Part shown: piece after piece, positions 61,787 to 64,000 of the stretch | Numbering within the stretch: position 1 is the first letter of the stretch | Layout: every line of letters starts with the position of its first letter | Origin: an uncultured Actinomycetota bacterium | GTDB taxonomy: Bacteria; Actinomycetota; Thermoleophilia; RBG-16-64-13 | Direction: 5' to 3' | NCBI GenBank assembly: GCA_963796315.1 | Contig: CAWCLH010000020.1 | Coordinates: 1,121,879-1,185,878, forward strand | DNA length: 64,000 bases | Position numbers and translations under genes: made by a program | Notes under the pieces: generated by a model | Told to the model about the DNA's origin: nothing | Databases searched by the model: none | Seen by the model: the letters and a program-made list of their open reading frames with translations, nothing else

Positions 61787-64000
61787 CTACAGACCCTGGG
61801 GCACCAGCCGGGCGTCGGAACCCTCGAGCCGAGCGAGGCGGCGGTGCCCCGAGGCCTTCTCCACCGATACTCGCGTGGCTCCCCAAGCCAGCTCCCCGGT
61901 CCCGGCCACCTCCACCAGTTCCAGCAGGTCCAGCGGGTTGACCCCACGACCTTCCGCGTAACGGCCGTAAAACCGATGGCCCTGCCCCAGGGGGATGGCG
62001 ACCGTGTCGGGACGCGCCGCGGGGTAGACGTAGGCCGGCACCTCGACTGAACCCGCGGGAGAGCTCACCTTGATCAGGTCGCCCGTCGTCACGCCTAGCT
62101 TGTCGGCTACGGTCGGGTGGATCTCCGCCCAGCTCCACCAGCCGATGGAGGTAAGGGTGGCCGGTACCTCTTGGAGCCAGGAGCGATTCGCGCCCCGACC
62201 GCCGCCGATCAGCGGGTGCGGGTAGATCTCCAAGACGTAGGGTCGCGCGGCGGCGTCGCCGCCCAGAGGCGGCGTCGTGCGAGGATCGGCGTGAGCCGGG
62301 ACACGGACGCCGGTCAGCCCTACCGGCATGCCCAGGCTCGACTCAGCCGTGGGTACGGACGTCTGCCCCGGCATCTGCCACCAGCCACCGAACTCCTGGA
62401 AGGTGCGGACGAACGCATCGGCATCGGTCGTCTGGATCGAGCCTCCCGGTGCGGTGCGCAGGGTGGCTATCCTCGCCTTGACGAACTCCACCTCGTTCTT
62501 CCAGGGTAGGGCGGCCGCGGCCTGTCCGCCCAGGGCCTTCGCCACGAAGAGCAGGATGTCGGCGGAGGAGCGGGTGTCGTAGAGTTGGGTGACCACCGGC
62601 TGCTGAGCACTGACCGTCGCCACCGGAGCCCCCGCCTGTGGCAGGGAGTAACCCCAGGTCTCCAGCGGTGTGGGACGGGGCAGGACCAGGTCGGCCAAAG
62701 CCATCTGGGTGTCGGTAGGGAACGGCGAGCAGTCGACGATCAGCGGGACCTTAGCCGCTGCCTGCTCGAATCCCAGTGCTTGCGGAAGATCGTGCGCGGG
62801 GTCGCCGTCCAGCACCAGCAGCACCTTGACCGCGCCGCTCTGCATTGCCTTGATCAGGTCCCGCACGTCCGCGAACGAGGAGACCGAACCGGCCTGCAGC
62901 ACGTCCTGCGCCGCAGCCGGCGGCGACGTCACGACCGGCGCCCTGCCCAGAGTGGTGCGTTGGGCACCCAGCAGCAGGTCGAGGGCCATGACGGCCCCCA
63001 GGCTGTCTCGGCCGTTGGCGTAGCCGGTCAGTCCTCCCCCGGGGAGCGCGAGTGGGGCCCGGGCCGCGCCGAGAAGCCGGGCCACCTGCACAAGCTCCTC
63101 GAAGGAGAGCCCCATCGAATCGGCCAACTCGCGCGGCTTGACTCCGGCGAACACGGCGTCGACGCCCGGGACGCCAGGCTTGGCGGCCAGACCCTCGTCC
63201 AGGATCACCCGACCGAGCACCAGGGCGACCTCACCCTCACGCCCGGGGGGTGTCGCGATCCATCGGTCCGCCACCGCAGCGGTGGCCGAGAAGCGGGACG
63301 AGACGTGGATCACGCGGCCGCGCCCCTGGATGTTCCGGCGGAGCTGGGCATACTCGCGACCGAAGGAGACCGGCGAGAGCCAGTGGTCAAGGAAGTCGGC
63401 GGCGAAGGAGACCACCAGGTCCGACGAGCCCACGGCGAAGGAGGGCATGCCGGCTTCCCCCGTGGTCGCGCCCATGAGGTCCTGGAGCAGGGTCTCGCCC
63501 TGGGTGGCACGGGCCACGTCCCATACCACCGGCCGGGTGTTCCACGTTCCTCCCCCGCTCCCGTTCACGGCGGTCAGGAATAGCCCGACCAGCTGAGAGA
63601 GGTGGTCGGACAGGTGCCCTCCGCCCCAGACGGCCACTCCGCCCTTTCCGCCCGCGCCCCGCACGGCATCGGTCAGCTTGGCCAACCCCTTGTTCCAGTC
63701 GGTGCTGCCGAACGCGGCCTCACGGCCGGAGCGCTCGCGGGGGCCGGGGACCCGGTCCGGGTTGTAGAGCCCCTGCAAGGCCGCCTGCCCCATCGCGCAG
63801 AGCCGCCCTTGGTTGACCGGATGACGCGGGTTCCCCTCGATCTTGTGGGCCCGTCCGCCCATGAGCTTCACCAGGATGCCGCAGCCGGCCGAGCACTCCT
63901 GACACGCGCTGGCGAAGTACGTGAAGACGCCCGCGACCTGGTCCTCGGGTGAGTCGAGGAAGGGCACCAGGCGTTCCTCGGCCCGGTCGCCGCCACAGCC
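61787..64000 (-). CDS. Molybdopterin-dependent oxidoreductase catalytic subunit (DMSO-reductase superfamily); N-terminus beyond the window
   Basis: The frame is open to the window edge. FeS motif CQECSAGCG...C. 726+ aa, intact. Subfamily not resolved. Confidence 0.75.
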   Translation of the reverse strand, partial: GCGGDRAEERLVPFLDSPEDQVAGVFTYFASACQECSAGCGILVKLMGGRAHKIEGNPRHPVNQGRLCAMGQAALQGLYNPDRVPGPRERSGREAAFGSTDWNKGLAKLTDAVRGAGGKGGVAVWGGGHLSDHLSQLVGLFLTAVNGSGGGTWNTRPVVWDVARATQGETLLQDLMGATTGEAGMPSFAVGSSDLVVSFAADFLDHWLSPVSFGREYAQLRRNIQGRGRVIHVSSRFSATAAVADRWIATPPGREGEVALVLGRVILDEGLAAKPGVPGVDAVFAGVKPRELADSMGLSFEELVQVARLLGAARAPLALPGGGLTGYANGRDSLGAVMALDLLLGAQRTTLGRAPVVTSPPAAAQDVLQAGSVSSFADVRDLIKAMQSGAVKVLLVLDGDPAHDLPQALGFEQAAAKVPLIVDCSPFPTDTQMALADLVLPRPTPLETWGYSLPQAGAPVATVSAQQPVVTQLYDTRSSADILLFVAKALGGQAAAALPWKNEVEFVKARIATLRTAPGGSIQTTDADAFVRTFQEFGGWWQMPGQTSVPTAESSLGMPVGLTGVRVPAHADPRTTPPLGGDAAARPYVLEIYPHPLIGGGRGANRSWLQEVPATLTSIGWWSWAEIHPTVADKLGVTTGDLIKVSSPAGSVEVPAYVYPAARPDTVAIPLGQGHRFYGRYAEGRGVNPLDLLELVEVAGTGELAWGATRVSVEKASGHRRLARLEGSDARLVPQGL

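Overview
High-GC (~68-70%) bacterial chromosomal segment with Gram-positive-type gene order (rpsF-ssb-rpsR-DUF2232-rplI-dnaB, lgt, UPF0182). The lineage cannot be fixed from sequence alone. No rRNA, tRNA, CRISPR array or transposase was recognised.

Layout:
- Left third: 3'-partial hdrA-like gene, purB-purE-purD and purA, pabB plus a broken pabC-like gene, the replication/ribosomal cluster with a DnaB mini-intein, a decayed MNT-HepT pair, pirin, a TIGR00300-type gene, cooC-like, fdhD, then a thioredoxin-fold lipoprotein gene with ccdA.
- Centre: Asp23 stress cluster, FAD oxidase, OmpR/HK pair, cytochrome c, SHOCT protein.
- 49.07 to 32.74 kb, all minus strand (~16 kb): TPR protein, lgt, a complete System I cytochrome c maturation set (two Cys-type ccmE, ccmF, ccmH-like, ccmI-like, ccmABCD), a BlaI/M56 regulator pair, and a DUF2318-FtsX-FtsX-ABC-thioredoxin module.
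- Right: ferredoxin, a TrxR-PDO fusion, a trxA operon, copZ/csoR, a dtxR-like gene, UPF0182, SDR, a heavily broken di-haem peroxidase, and a 5'-partial molybdopterin oxidoreductase.

Main observations:
1. Four in-frame TGA codons sit at redox-active Cys positions: hdrA, two paralogous TlpA/ResA-like thioredoxins (W-U-P-T-C), and a small uncharacterised thioredoxin-fold ORF (C-x4-U). Each is followed 7-15 nt later by a hairpin, so all four are read as selenocysteine.
2. The dyad TACTAC-N5-GTAGTA occurs five times, only in promoter regions. It links the BlaI/M56 pair to the ccm operon, the ABC/Sec-thioredoxin operon and a two-component system.
3. Four ATACC-N6-GGTAT-type C/G-tract boxes (CsoR-operator-like) lie in front of the thiol-redox operons and copZ/csoR.
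4. About 30 apparent single-nucleotide frameshifts are unevenly distributed, and several of those resolved to the base fall at G/C homopolymers. Consensus error and true pseudogenisation cannot be separated here.
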